Below are positions 1-9,517 of a stretch of 64,000 bases of DNA, one piece after another. Position 1 is the stretch's first letter, and each line of letters begins with the position of its first letter. The position numbers and the translations under genes were made by a program. The notes below the pieces were generated by a model. It saw nothing but the letters and a program-made list of their open reading frames with translations. It was not told the DNA's origin and made no database searches. The stretch is from a candidate division WWE3 bacterium (lineage in GTDB: Bacteria > Patescibacteriota > 4484-211 > GCA-002791395), in the NCBI GenBank assembly GCA_013335095.1, contig JAAXWF010000001.1, positions 22,797-86,796 of the forward strand, given 5' to 3'.

Positions 1-258
1 TCGCCAGGTCTTAAAAATAGCCCAGACTTAGTGTCCGATTTATTAAATGATTACGAATGGGTATTAAACGAAGAATGTTTTAACTATGGAGAATGTAGCA
101 ATTACAGTTCATTTATTAGTGCCGGTAAGGCGGTATTTAACGTTGAATACGACCTGCAAAAGTCAGCATTTTGTACCGAGGCAACTCAACTGAAGTTCAG
201 CAGCTATCGGGCAAATCTTGCCCTTGATGGAAAACTGTGGGATCCGTGCAATCAATAA
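1..258 (+). CDS. Glycoside hydrolase family 114 (endo-alpha-1,4-polygalactosaminidase-like), 3' part
   Basis: Frame open from base 1: GLKN...NEECF...AGKAVFNVEY motifs typical of GH114; truncated by window start. Confidence 0.75.
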   Translation, partial: SPGLKNSPDLVSDLLNDYEWVLNEECFNYGECSNYSSFISAGKAVFNVEYDLQKSAFCTEATQLKFSSYRANLALDGKLWDPCNQ

Positions 259-286
259 AAAACCCCTTACAAAATTTGCAAGGGGT
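257..286 (-). terminator. Intrinsic terminator of the 317-628 orphan gene
   Basis: A-run followed by ACCCCTTAC...GCAAGGGGT inverted repeat (hairpin plus U-tract on minus). Confidence 0.65.
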
Positions 287-316
287 CCTACGTATTATGC
301 CTAAATGAGACAACCC

Positions 317-628
317 TTATTCACCGATCGGAGTCGTTCGATTAACGAGTGGAACATCAGATCGATTGTGGTTTTTTAGGTCGTCCAGCGTATAGATGCT
401 GAGCGCCCACAATGCTCCCTGAATAAATCCCAGCCACCGAAAGACTTTTTCCATCCGCCCTTCGTCAATAAACTCAAGCATCTTTGGGAGCATACCCAAA
501 CAATGCCCCAAGATATTGCGAGGAATCAGCGGTATTGAATCGTGAGGGAAATCGAGAGGAGATGCTCCGATCGCTTCAAGCTCCCGACGATATAACTCCA
601 AAACACCGCGAACTCGGTTCGCATCCAT
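317..628 (-). CDS. Orphan/hypothetical protein (MDANRVRG...; EKVFRWLGFIQGALW motif)
   Basis: ORF with GGAGG SD about 10 nt upstream of ATG at 628 and a downstream terminator. Confidence 0.7.
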   Translation of the reverse strand: MDANRVRGVLELYRRELEAIGASPLDFPHDSIPLIPRNILGHCLGMLPKMLEFIDEGRMEKVFRWLGFIQGALWALSIYTLDDLKNHNRSDVPLVNRTTPIGE

Positions 629-666
629 ATTGATATGACCTCCGACGAGTTGATACCATCCACAAC

Positions 667-701
667 AAAAAATGCCCCGGAACACATGTGTGTACCGGGG
701 C
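667..701 (-). terminator. Intrinsic terminator of the 720-1268 gene
   Basis: A-run plus GCCCCGG...CCGGGGC stem. Confidence 0.7.
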
Positions 702-719
702 CCATTAAGCGATCTGCGA

Positions 720-1268
720 CTACGCGCTCAGATCCTCAAGATCCTGAGGATCAACAAGCAGCACGCCATCGTCCACCAGGATCGGAACCAGGTCCAGCAG
801 CCCATCAGGCATTGGCTCCTTGCCGTCATCCTCATAGGCGACAACGGTGACCGGCTCATCCCGGTACAGAGCGGCAGAACCAACAGGTCGAGCGGGGCTG
901 ATGAATCGACGCCGATACTCAATCCGGACGCCGAATTTGGCCGCATACGCCAACAGGTGAAAGCACACGAACTCGAACTTAACCCAGGGGAAAAGTTCGG
1001 TAGCGCCGAGGTTGACCTCACGCTCCTTTTCCCCTCGGATACCCGCCTGGTACTGTGTACCATTCAGATCTGGCGATCGAGAAAAGATGAAGACATCGAC
1101 TGGTCGACGACTAAACATCTCATGAGGCGTCTCATGCACCTCAATCCGCGTCACCGTCAGACCACCGGCCAGGTCGACATGAACCACCATCCGCATGAAG
1201 TCCTCATCACCGGGAACTTCCTTCCCAAGCGCAGCCCGAATGAGCTCGACCAATTTTTCCGGAATCAT
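720..1268 (-). CDS. GC-rich orphan protein (MIPEKLVE...)
   Basis: AGGAGG SD at 1276-1281, TATAAT near 1310, terminator at 667-701; preferred over the overlapping + ORF 672-1271. Confidence 0.7.
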   Translation of the reverse strand: MIPEKLVELIRAALGKEVPGDEDFMRMVVHVDLAGGLTVTRIEVHETPHEMFSRRPVDVFIFSRSPDLNGTQYQAGIRGEKEREVNLGATELFPWVKFEFVCFHLLAYAAKFGVRIEYRRRFISPARPVGSAALYRDEPVTVVAYEDDGKEPMPDGLLDLVPILVDDGVLLVDPQDLEDLSA

Positions 1269-1412
1269 TGAGAGTCCTCCTGAAGAAACGGTGCCTTTTG
1301 GCGTATTCATTATACAGCAGAAAGACAACTCTATAGGACAAGAATAAAAAAAATCCCTCTATACTTTTTGTGCATAGAGGGTGAAGAAAGTACCAGATGA
1401 TTTCTTTGATTG

Positions 1413-1712
1413 TCATACAACAAACGGTTCCAATACCTTTAGTCCATTTGGGCTAACAATAAAACGACCGGACTGATGTTCAATAAGTCCACACTTTACC
1501 ATCTGCTCAAACCAGTATCGATGCAGATGACGATCGAGCTGGCGGCAATGCGACATATAGTCGCGCCAACTAAATAAACTCCATGTGTTTCCAAAGTGCC
1601 GCTGCATAATTATGACCAGATTGGCCATAACCATTTCATATGCAGGATGCTCTAACCACCGACGTGGTGAATTCCGTACGATTTGAACCTGAGATGGTGC
1701 AAATGATGCCAT
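1413..1712 (-). CDS. Small hypothetical protein, possible winged-helix C-terminus
   Basis: ORF with purine-rich SD and hairpin terminator at 1355-1381. Confidence 0.65.
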   Translation of the reverse strand: MASFAPSQVQIVRNSPRRWLEHPAYEMVMANLVIIMQRHFGNTWSLFSWRDYMSHCRQLDRHLHRYWFEQMVKCGLIEHQSGRFIVSPNGLKVLEPFVV

Positions 1713-1790
1713 CGGGATCCCCTTTCCAAAGGTTTCTAGACTTCACTCAACAGTGCTAGTGTATCAAATCAGTTGAAGAGATAAAAAAAT

Positions 1791-1812
1791 GCCCCCGTGT
1801 TTCCACGAGGGC
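1791..1812 (-). terminator. Repeated 22-nt terminator, copy 1 (GCCCTCGTG-GAAA-CACGGGGGC plus U-tract)
   Basis: Identical to 6137-6158; GAAA tetraloop; G-U wobble valid on minus strand. Confidence 0.85.
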
Positions 1813-1833
1813 TTAGGACTATACAAGCTTGAG

Positions 1834-2355
1834 CTAGCTTCGTGCTGACTCAAGGTACGACCACGGATGCTCTGAGCACCCATGGAACAGATTGGTCAAG
1901 ATCCATGCCCGGAGATCTGGGTATGACCCCAGCTTGTCGGACTCGTTATAGCACACGATTCGTGCCCGATGACGGTTACCCGCCCATAGATAGGCACGAA
2001 CGGTATCAGCTGAGCTCACACCGCGCCCCTCGTTAAGAGGAGCAGCAAGCTCTTTGAGCGCATTTGCGAGCCGCTTCAGATCCCCCCAATTCCGGTGGAA
2101 CTGAGTCGCGACTTGTTGGCAGGCACGGCGGACCGGCTGAGGTACGGCTTGGGCAAAGCCCCTGCACTCCACGGCCGAACCGGCGGTCACGACACGAACT
2201 TCGGTGTGATCAACAACTCCGTCACCGACGATCCGCGCCATGTGAACTGTCCACGGCCGATCAGGGTGAATTTCGATCGCCCACCCGCGCCACTCATAGT
2301 GGAGAGCGCCGTTATCCGTGACACGTTCAGTCTGCAGGACATTGTAAGGGGTCAT
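1834..2355 (-). CDS. GC-rich orphan protein
   Basis: GGAGG SD; second gene of a 2-gene unit ending in the repeated terminator. Confidence 0.7.
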   Translation of the reverse strand: MTPYNVLQTERVTDNGALHYEWRGWAIEIHPDRPWTVHMARIVGDGVVDHTEVRVVTAGSAVECRGFAQAVPQPVRRACQQVATQFHRNWGDLKRLANALKELAAPLNEGRGVSSADTVRAYLWAGNRHRARIVCYNESDKLGSYPDLRAWILTNLFHGCSEHPWSYLESARS

Positions 2356-2367
2356 GATGTCCTCCGA

Positions 2368-2943
2368 TTACTTAGTGTCACTGAAGGTGCCCACGTTGTG
2401 AAGCGCCGCAAATCGTTCGAGGAGTGTTGGCACATCCTCGAAATGAATGAGGATCCGGTGGTAGTCACCGGAGCTATTGAATTGTAGACGCAGACCGTCA
2501 CCCAGATCCGGATATTCTTCTCTCCAGGCGGGATCGACATATCTACTGGCGTACTGGCACTGCCCCAAACCGTTCCGCCGCACAACATCACCGAAGCTGA
2601 CCCAGCGCTGCTCAAACAGCAACATCAGGTCCCCTTCATCGCTGACGATAGCAGTAAACCCATCCTCTTCTTCGCGGCACATTTCGCCGACGAAGTCATC
2701 TGCCTCGGGCATGACATACCCGAGATAGATGGTAAAACGAGTGCCGGTAAAGTTACCCAGGTACCGCTCGACCATCGCTCGTGCGGCCTCGATGACCGAC
2801 TCCTCCACGTGGAGGAAGTAGAAATAGTCATCAAGCGCCTCCCGATCGAGGCCGATTGCGGTGTATGCCGGCATATCAACGCCAAGCCTCCGAATAACCG
2901 AGTCATAAATGACCGGCTTCGCCTCCATTGTGGGGTCACTCAT
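2368..2943 (-). CDS. GC-rich orphan protein (MSDPTMEAK...)
   Basis: GGAGG SD at about 2950; TTTACT-N17-TACAAT promoter upstream. Confidence 0.7.
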   Translation of the reverse strand: MSDPTMEAKPVIYDSVIRRLGVDMPAYTAIGLDREALDDYFYFLHVEESVIEAARAMVERYLGNFTGTRFTIYLGYVMPEADDFVGEMCREEEDGFTAIVSDEGDLMLLFEQRWVSFGDVVRRNGLGQCQYASRYVDPAWREEYPDLGDGLRLQFNSSGDYHRILIHFEDVPTLLERFAALHNVGTFSDTK

Positions 2944-3061
2944 AGAGCCCTCCATCGTAATCCAAAGGAGCCCAGTGCTCCTCCGCCATTCGCGTCAACT
3001 AATTGTATAAGAAATACACAACAAAGTAAATACTATAGGATCACACAGGTATTAATCGTCG

Positions 3062-3394
3062 TTACTCTAAGTAAGTTGGTTCGAAATTTACATTTCCACC
3101 AGCCTTAACATCGATGGTGATACCCGCCAATTTATATGTTACTGGCAATTCTAATATTTTTTGAGTTCGTAAGCTCATTCGAGCAAGCATTTCTGGCTGC
3201 GGTTGTTGAGGCTTTCCATCAACCAATAGTTGGACACATTCACTAATTTGTTGTTGATTGTTCAAAATAAATGTACCAGTGACCTCGGTAGACAAATCAA
3301 AAGAACCATACGGTGAATACATTATTTTTGATAGATCAAGAAAAATTTGATACATGACCTCGTTTGGGTCACCAGATGTAGATAATTCCTGCAT
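3062..3394 (-). CDS. Hypothetical protein
   Basis: AT-rich ORF with TATACT/TATAAT directly upstream of ATG. Confidence 0.6.
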   Translation of the reverse strand: MQELSTSGDPNEVMYQIFLDLSKIMYSPYGSFDLSTEVTGTFILNNQQQISECVQLLVDGKPQQPQPEMLARMSLRTQKILELPVTYKLAGITIDVKAGGNVNFEPTYLE

Positions 3395-3507
3395 TTATTA
3401 TAGTATAGCATTTAGCATTATAGTTGAACACAATGAGGAACTAACTTAACTCATAACACTAACAACGTAGTATAATATCTTCGTCCGCTTTTCAGTAAGG
3501 AGTGTCA

Positions 3508-4377
3508 ATGGAGCCTATTCGGAAGTCGGTTGACGAGATTGCTTCGGAGCTGGGCATCGATTTTGATGCTGCAGATCCGGCAAAAGATTTGGAACGGCTG
3601 ATATGCCATCTCGTTGAGGTTCGCAAAGTCGAACTTCAAAAATCGGCTGAAGAAATTCAGATCGAAGCCCAAAGACGCGTTTATCTCGCGGCAGAACAGA
3701 TCGCGGAACGTCTCCAAGGAAGGCTAACGAAAAGGCATCGACGAATCCTTGCTCAGATACATCTGGGCGTACTGGTAGTCGATGACCTTAATGGGTTAAC
3801 ATCCGATCCGCATGAACGATTGGATCTACCCGACCGATTACTCGAAGGCCTGCCTGGTCAAATCATTCGGGAACGGCTAATCGTGACCGTTCATGGGATG
3901 GTAATCAGGCCATACTTAGCTCTGGTGCTGCGCGCATCGGTGTTAAAACACCCAGACGGAGATACCACCATAATCCACGAGATTATGCATCTTCTGGGTG
4001 AAAATAACCTCCCGATGCTGCTAAATGAAGCAGCTACCGATCGATACGTCGTTACCGTTCGGCGGGTCGATCATCAACCCGAAAGTCGAATGACGCTCGG
4101 ATATCGGCTGGCATATTACTGTTGGAACACAGTAGCAACCGTGGCAGGAACCCAGCGAGTCTGGGAGGCCTACACGGATGAAGCCTTGGTAGAAGAGGTC
4201 AAAGACCAACACGGTCACTGGATCAAAAAGCGACTGGTGGGGCATCCGTTTCACGATTACATGCGCGAACGGATGAAAAGACCCCAGTTATGGGATCAGT
4301 TTCTGATTCATGTGACCAAGAAACAGATGATCAGAGCATATCTGATTATTTTGTTTGGGTTCAAAAATCCGGATTAA
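3508..4377 (+). CDS. Putative HExxH zinc metalloprotease-like protein
   Basis: IIHEIMHLLG...LLNEAATD (HExxH plus downstream Glu); AGGAG SD; UUCG-loop terminator at 4392-4415. Confidence 0.6.
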   Translation: MEPIRKSVDEIASELGIDFDAADPAKDLERLICHLVEVRKVELQKSAEEIQIEAQRRVYLAAEQIAERLQGRLTKRHRRILAQIHLGVLVVDDLNGLTSDPHERLDLPDRLLEGLPGQIIRERLIVTVHGMVIRPYLALVLRASVLKHPDGDTTIIHEIMHLLGENNLPMLLNEAATDRYVVTVRRVDHQPESRMTLGYRLAYYCWNTVATVAGTQRVWEAYTDEALVEEVKDQHGHWIKKRLVGHPFHDYMRERMKRPQLWDQFLIHVTKKQMIRAYLIILFGFKNPD

Positions 4378-4391
4378 TTATCCGTATGTGG

Positions 4392-4415
4392 GGGGAAGGT
4401 TCGCCTTCCCCTTTT
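4392..4415 (+). terminator. Intrinsic terminator
   Basis: GGGGAAGG-TTCG-CCTTCCCC followed by TTTT. Confidence 0.8.
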
Positions 4416-4425
4416 ATATTCGGGG

Positions 4426-5013
4426 TTAGTCGACTGGAACAAATCGTGCTCGGGTGAAGGAAAATGCAGCGTAGGTTGATTCTCGCTTGGTAACCATTAA
4501 GTTATGTTGACCAGGTGTAAGCGTTATCGTATCGACCGGCAACCAAACCATTCCCTTAGTATCCATGGCTTTGTGGTTATATAAAAGCTTTTGGGACTGA
4601 TCTATAAATACAGTCACATTCCGATCTCCATCTTTGCACAGTCCATCATCACTCGTATAAAAATCCATTCGGTAACGACCTTGTTTTTCGATAGTAAATG
4701 GAATAATGACTTGTGCCTCTTTGTACGCTAAGTAGGCTTCATATCCCCGCGAAGTTTCGGCTAAATAGGTACTGCCCTCTCCATTTTCTCCGTAATTAGT
4801 AATCTTTCCGTCACGAGCTTCGACGATTATTGAACCTGGAATAAGTGTCGGCTCTGCAGTTGGTACGATAGTAATTGGAAAATTTTTATCGGTGCTTGAT
4901 AAATCAGTTGGTGCTTTTGGCATTCGCATAAATACAAATACACCCATACCTGCAATAATAATGATACCTGCTGCTACTAATATTTCAATAATCCCAAACC
5001 CACGCTTGTCCAT
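4426..5013 (-). CDS. Prepilin-like N-terminus with a CBM6/35-like beta-sandwich
   Basis: MDKRGFGIIEILV type IV prepilin-like motif; EA...G.Y...W...TITLTPGQH pattern. Confidence 0.65.
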   Translation of the reverse strand: MDKRGFGIIEILVAAGIIIIAGMGVFVFMRMPKAPTDLSSTDKNFPITIVPTAEPTLIPGSIIVEARDGKITNYGENGEGSTYLAETSRGYEAYLAYKEAQVIIPFTIEKQGRYRMDFYTSDDGLCKDGDRNVTVFIDQSQKLLYNHKAMDTKGMVWLPVDTITLTPGQHNLMVTKRESTYAAFSFTRARFVPVD

Positions 5014-5153
5014 ACAAACACTATAACGGGAATATATTTCTGCTGCAATAGAATTGTTTAATTGAATAAAGGAAAGTTTAAAACAAAGTGCAATTTCTAG
5101 CCTGTTTCTTATTAACCTCAAAACAGGCTCAGAAATGCAATTTTAGATAAATC

Positions 5154-5507
5154 TTACCAGCGATTTCCGCCGCCTCGATTATATCCACCACCATTTCGGT
5201 TTCCACCATTCCGGTTTCCGCCACCTCGATTACCACCGCCTCGATTTCCTCCTCGATCCTCCATAGGACGAGCTTCATTAACAACTAATGTTCGACCTTC
5301 GATCTCATAATTGTTGAAACGACTAATCGCTGCTGCTGCGTGTTCATCATTCGCCATTTCGACGAATCCAAAGCCTTTGCTTCGTCCCATTTCACGATCA
5401 ATAATGATGTTTACGGTGTCGACTTGGCCAGCTTGCTGAAACAGCGCTTCGAGGTCGCGTTCGGTCATTGAGTATGGTAATCCACCTACAAATAATTTTT
5501 TTGCCAT
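5154..5507 (-). CDS. RRM RNA-binding protein with Gly/Asn/Arg-rich tail
   Basis: KLFVGGL (RNP2), KGFGFVEM (RNP1); GGAGGTG SD. Confidence 0.95.
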   Translation of the reverse strand: MAKKLFVGGLPYSMTERDLEALFQQAGQVDTVNIIIDREMGRSKGFGFVEMANDEHAAAAISRFNNYEIEGRTLVVNEARPMEDRGGNRGGGNRGGGNRNGGNRNGGGYNRGGGNRW

Positions 5508-5643
5508 TGTAATCACCTCCGATTCTGATTTTGACTTGTTAATATGGAAATAGTTAAAAAACAAAAGGGCAATACAAAAACGCCTTTTCCGATTAAAAAT
5601 TTACGCACATGCTGCCCTAAATCACGGGTGTGCGTATATTATA
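5508..5643 (-). promoter_or_regulatory. Promoter and conserved 5' leader of RRM gene 1
   Basis: TATAAT at 5638-5643; blocks ACACCC-GTGATTTAGGG, TATTTCCA and AAAATCAGA-GGAGGTG shared with 11592-11733. Confidence 0.7.
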
Positions 5644-5741
5644 CGCTATAATCGGGATATGTACACAGGTACAGTTGCAATCGGATCTCTATTTACTCAT
5701 TGACAGGCATCATTCAAGATCGCTAATCTTAAAATATCAAA

Positions 5742-6131
5742 ATGAAATACATACCCCTTATCCTGGGTACTGCTCTTTTTTTAGTGCTAAATGTTTTATT
5801 CGTATATCCACAGTATGTGATTACTCAACAAAACCTGGATTGTCCTGCTGGATGTGTTATTGAAACAGGAGTTCCATTTCCATGGAAAAAACTTCATACG
5901 AGCTCCGTTATTATTAACATACGAGAGCCTGACCCTGAGTATTATTACAATTATAATTACTTAGCAATTGATTTAATCTTTTGGGCAGCCATCAGTTATG
6001 GTACGAGTTACGGTATGGCTATGATACTACAACATTTAGAACCCAAGACACAGTTATCACAACAAGAAGCAAGTATAAAACCGAAATCCACGAGAAGGAA
6101 AAAAGGGATCACCAAACCAAAATCTAAATAA
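5742..6131 (+). CDS. Small membrane protein
   Basis: Two hydrophobic segments, GVPFPW motif, basic tail. Confidence 0.65.
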   Translation: MKYIPLILGTALFLVLNVLFVYPQYVITQQNLDCPAGCVIETGVPFPWKKLHTSSVIINIREPDPEYYYNYNYLAIDLIFWAAISYGTSYGMAMILQHLEPKTQLSQQEASIKPKSTRRKKGITKPKSK

Positions 6132-6136
6132 AAAAA

Positions 6137-6158
6137 GCCCCCGTGTTTCCACGAGGGC
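6137..6158 (-). terminator. Repeated 22-nt terminator, copy 2
   Basis: GCCCCCGTGTTTCCACGAGGGC preceded by an A-run. Confidence 0.85.
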
Positions 6159-6179
6159 GAGATTACCCGATACGTACTC

Positions 6180-6950
6180 TTACTTTTCTACCTTGACGAC
6201 GATATAGTCGCCGATTTCTCCCGACAAACCGTGTGAGACCGCGGTCTTAAGAAAATCCGCGATAGCGTCGGCATTAGTGCGACCGATGCCATGCATTCGC
6301 GGATTTGTATTCAACCGAGCTCGCATCGCCCCACACAGCTGGCCCCGCGACGCCTTCGGATCATAATACACCTCGATGTGAGGCTTTTCGATCCACCACA
6401 GGAGCCGATCGGCATGCTTCATCATCGCCAGCTGTGCAGCTACCTTTCGGAGCTGTTCGGGCGTGACTTGCAGAAACTTCATGAGTCCAGCCAGCTGGTC
6501 GAGACTCATCGAATCCTCGTGGCCAGCACATCGGGCGATAAACCCGAGTAGAACTGACGTCGGATGAACCTGCCGATCACACAGATGATGGAGCAAAAAC
6601 TCCATCGCCCCGGCGAGATCCCCCCATGCAGTATTGTAGCTATCAGGAATAATCCTGGCTGGGAGCTCGCCTTCGTCACGGACACCGGCAGTGGGTACAT
6701 ACTCAAACCCTAAGAAGTACTCCACGGTGGCCGTTGGTGCGGCCATGCTCAGAAAGATATCCTGAGGCGTGGGATGGGCTAAATACTGTGCCACAGCCTC
6801 AGCGTGGTCACGGACCTCAATGATGAGGACCCGGCGCCACCGATCCTTTTCCGAAACGAGGGCGTAAATCTCCTGAACAGTCGGTACTCGATCTCCTGGG
6901 AAAACGAGCACTAAAAATGGTGCTCGCTGCTCCGGATCATGTGTCGACAT
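6180..6950 (-). CDS. GC-rich orphan; N-terminal domain paralogous to 7544-7828
   Basis: AGGAGG SD; APFLVLVF..PT..RRVLI..TP..FLS..AP..FLGF shared with 7544-7828. Confidence 0.75.
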   Translation of the reverse strand: MSTHDPEQRAPFLVLVFPGDRVPTVQEIYALVSEKDRWRRVLIIEVRDHAEAVAQYLAHPTPQDIFLSMAAPTATVEYFLGFEYVPTAGVRDEGELPARIIPDSYNTAWGDLAGAMEFLLHHLCDRQVHPTSVLLGFIARCAGHEDSMSLDQLAGLMKFLQVTPEQLRKVAAQLAMMKHADRLLWWIEKPHIEVYYDPKASRGQLCGAMRARLNTNPRMHGIGRTNADAIADFLKTAVSHGLSGEIGDYIVVKVEK

Positions 6951-7056
6951 ACGTCGCCTCCTGGTAAGTAAACCTTCCACAGCCGCTTAAAACGGTAGAC
7001 ACATTATAGTATTAAAGGGACATTTACGCAAACTATGGGATTTAACTAAAAAAATA

Positions 7057-7080
7057 TACCCCCGTGTTTCCACGAGGGTA
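7057..7080 (-). terminator. Repeated terminator, copy 3
   Basis: TACCCCCGTGTTTCCACGAGGGTA: same core, closing pairs changed. Confidence 0.85.
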
Positions 7081-7095
7081 TGCAAAGGACTCGAT

Positions 7096-7431
7096 TTATC
7101 CGATACGACAATCGACCTTCGATATGGTAACTCCTTTTAGTAACCTCAATTCAGATGATCGATTGACCATCTCCATGGCGATGAGAGTCGAAACATCGGC
7201 CAAAACCAAACAACCAGATAATGGCCAATATTGAACAAGCACCGAGACGAGCTGGTCTAGCGATGTAATTTGCGATCCCGTTGTACGCGAAAGAGTGGGC
7301 GGGATATGACGAACCAGCTTCAGAATACCCGATGGAACTGGTTCTTCTGGCATAATAAAGACACGAGCAGACCGATAGCCAAACACGATTGCCGCCCGGC
7401 CCAAAGTGCGAGCGTCGACAGTGGTCGCCAC
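7096..7431 (-). CDS. Orphan protein
   Basis: Probable GTG start with AAGGGG SD; ends just before the repeated terminator. Confidence 0.6.
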   Translation of the reverse strand: MATTVDARTLGRAAIVFGYRSARVFIMPEEPVPSGILKLVRHIPPTLSRTTGSQITSLDQLVSVLVQYWPLSGCLVLADVSTLIAMEMVNRSSELRLLKGVTISKVDCRIG

Positions 7432-7543
7432 AGCAACCCCCTTATGTATCCACAATGTGCGCTTAGGATTATAGGTTTATTATACCAACACAATCAAAAT
7501 AATAAAAACCCCCATGATTATTTCACAGGGGCAACGTTGTTAT

Positions 7544-7828
7544 TTAATAAACGTCAGTCGGATTCGATTCTGGTAGCGGAGTGAATCCGACAAAAACGCT
7601 TCGACACCGATCGGGAGCACTACGGCTCAAGAACATTCGCCACGGTGTACGCTCATTAATAAAATGGTCGATGGCGTCTTGCATTCCAGCGACTTGCCGG
7701 ATAATGATCCGCCGAAATCGCTCATCTTTATGGAGTAAATCCCGAACAGTTTCTTCGGTGGGAATGGGATCATCCCCGAAGACAAAAACGATAATAGGCG
7801 CATATCCTTCTGGGTTAATGCCGTTCAT
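7544..7828 (-). CDS. Orphan protein, paralogue of the 6180-6950 N-domain
   Basis: Visible alignment to 6180-6950; degenerate terminator at 7508-7531. Confidence 0.7.
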   Translation of the reverse strand: MNGINPEGYAPIIVFVFGDDPIPTEETVRDLLHKDERFRRIIIRQVAGMQDAIDHFINERTPWRMFLSRSAPDRCRSVFVGFTPLPESNPTDVY

Positions 7829-7926
7829 AGATCCCTCTATTAACCTGCAAACATGGCATGGCCATTCCCTTTGCTACTTACCGCCACAAACGCGCAGGTA
7901 TATTATACATACAGATTCATACATTC

Positions 7927-8169
7927 ATGCGAAAAAATATTGGAACCACTGATCGAATTATTAGAATACTAATCGGAGTAATATGTTTAATCGCGGCATT
8001 GATACTCCGAAACCTTTTTATTGCAGCACTAGGGGTATTCGCTCTTTATGAAGGATTAGCCTCATGGTGTGCACTTTATCAATTGATAGGAAAAAATACG
8101 TGCCCAATTGATTTACCGTCTCTGCAACATAACAATAGTTCTAAGCAGCAATCAAAAAAGGTTGCCTAA
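7927..8169 (+). CDS. DUF2892/YgaP-like small membrane protein
   Basis: MRKNIGTTDRIIR...WCALYQLIGKNTCP. Confidence 0.85.
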   Translation: MRKNIGTTDRIIRILIGVICLIAALILRNLFIAALGVFALYEGLASWCALYQLIGKNTCPIDLPSLQHNNSSKQQSKKVA

Positions 8170-8764
8170 TTATAGTCTTCATCTTTTCAGGGGCGACACG
8201 TCGAATATCACTAAGGTAAATTTCATGATGTTTTTGTTTATGGCCGTTAAATTCGCTTCCCAATTCGGTAATAAATTCATGAACCTTTTTAATTGTTGGG
8301 CCTTCTTCAGAGAATGGTCCAAGATGCATAATCTGAGCCGCGACACCTTCGTCGAAGGATTCAAATCGCAGTTTACTAATATCCAATTTTTTATCAGCAG
8401 AAACCTGATCAATTGTTTCAAGATAATCATCATGCGTCACAACATCGGGCTGCATAATCATATACGTCCACTTCCATTTTTCTTTTTTGCCCGAAGTAAA
8501 GTCGTTCATATTATCTGCCCACCACAATCCTTCAAGAGGCATTACCCCAAAGTCAATCTGTCGAGTCTTTTTTATATGAAATTTAATTTTGTAAGCGACC
8601 GGAAATAACGTCTCAATAGCAGACTTTGCCTGTGGTGAAGTGTTCGGATCACCCATACCATCAATCATTATGTAGTTCCATACAGGTAGCGTAATAATTT
8701 CGACTTCTTTTGATGACGGAGCATAAAACTCCGCCAGTAGTTTCTTATAATCAATTTTTGACAT
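8141..8764 (-). CDS. GyrI-like small-molecule-binding protein
   Basis: IDGMGDPN, PLEGLWW, HLGPFSEE, HHEIYLSD...TIIRQP. Confidence 0.9.
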   Translation of the reverse strand: MSKIDYKKLLAEFYAPSSKEVEIITLPVWNYIMIDGMGDPNTSPQAKSAIETLFPVAYKIKFHIKKTRQIDFGVMPLEGLWWADNMNDFTSGKKEKWKWTYMIMQPDVVTHDDYLETIDQVSADKKLDISKLRFESFDEGVAAQIMHLGPFSEEGPTIKKVHEFITELGSEFNGHKQKHHEIYLSDIRRVAPEKMKTIIRQPFLIAA

Positions 8765-8900
8765 CCGAAGAATTTATAGTACGAAAATCACTTATAACTT
8801 CAAACGATATAGATCACACTTTTTTTAACGAAACAAAGATATATTAGAAATAATTTACTTTTTTCAGTATGATTCTAATAATGCTGTAAAAGACTTAAAT

Positions 8901-9443
8901 ATGAACTATAAATTCAGAATACTTATTGCCATCAATGCAATATTTGTTTTAGCAGGAAGTCTATTTGTGCCTTTATTCTCTCTTTTTGTAGAATACTTAG
9001 GCGGAAATGCACAATCTGCTGGCATAATGTATGCTACACAATTTACCTCAGCGCTTATTACGAACATCTACATTCTAAAACTAAATGACTCCAAACGTCT
9101 CGCAAAGTTACTTCTAACAATTAATTATGCGCTAAAGGGGTTTAGTTGGCTAATGCTATGCCTATTTCCCGGATGGATAATGCTCTTTGTTGTCCAAGTA
9201 CTAGGAGGGATAACACAAGCATTGGGAACCCCAGGATTTAATGTCTTAATAACAGAACGACTCGATAAAAAACAGCATATTAGGGAATGGGGATCGTGGG
9301 ATTTAGTCCAAAATATTTCGATCGCACTTGGAAGCATTATTGGCGGTAGCATTGCATATTATTATGGCTTTACGCTTCTTTTTTTAATAATGAGTGTACT
9401 GAGCTTTTTTGCCTTAGCGTTACTCTTAACGGTAAAAATATAA
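8901..9443 (+). CDS. Half-size (about 6 TM) MFS transporter-like protein
   Basis: MFS-like TM pattern in 180 aa. Confidence 0.75.
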   Translation: MNYKFRILIAINAIFVLAGSLFVPLFSLFVEYLGGNAQSAGIMYATQFTSALITNIYILKLNDSKRLAKLLLTINYALKGFSWLMLCLFPGWIMLFVVQVLGGITQALGTPGFNVLITERLDKKQHIREWGSWDLVQNISIALGSIIGGSIAYYYGFTLLFLIMSVLSFFALALLLTVKI

Positions 9444-9517
9444 TGGGTAAAAGCCCCCGTATATGTTGCCTATACAACAATCGACATTGAACTTATATAA
9501 TTAATTCTGTTGGCCCT

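Noticed and set aside
672-1271. 199-aa + strand ORF and similar long antisense ORFs (13276-13845, 20600-21280, 24642-25112, 26247-26807, 34659-35153, 41571-42146)
   Set aside because: Shadows of genes on the opposite strand, which carry the SD, terminator or recognisable motifs
1791-7080. Repeated 22-nt palindrome as a CRISPR repeat or integron attC
   Set aside because: Spacing is gene-sized and irregular, no cas or intI is visible, and there are no RYYYAAC/GTTRRRY ends; it fits a terminator-type repeat
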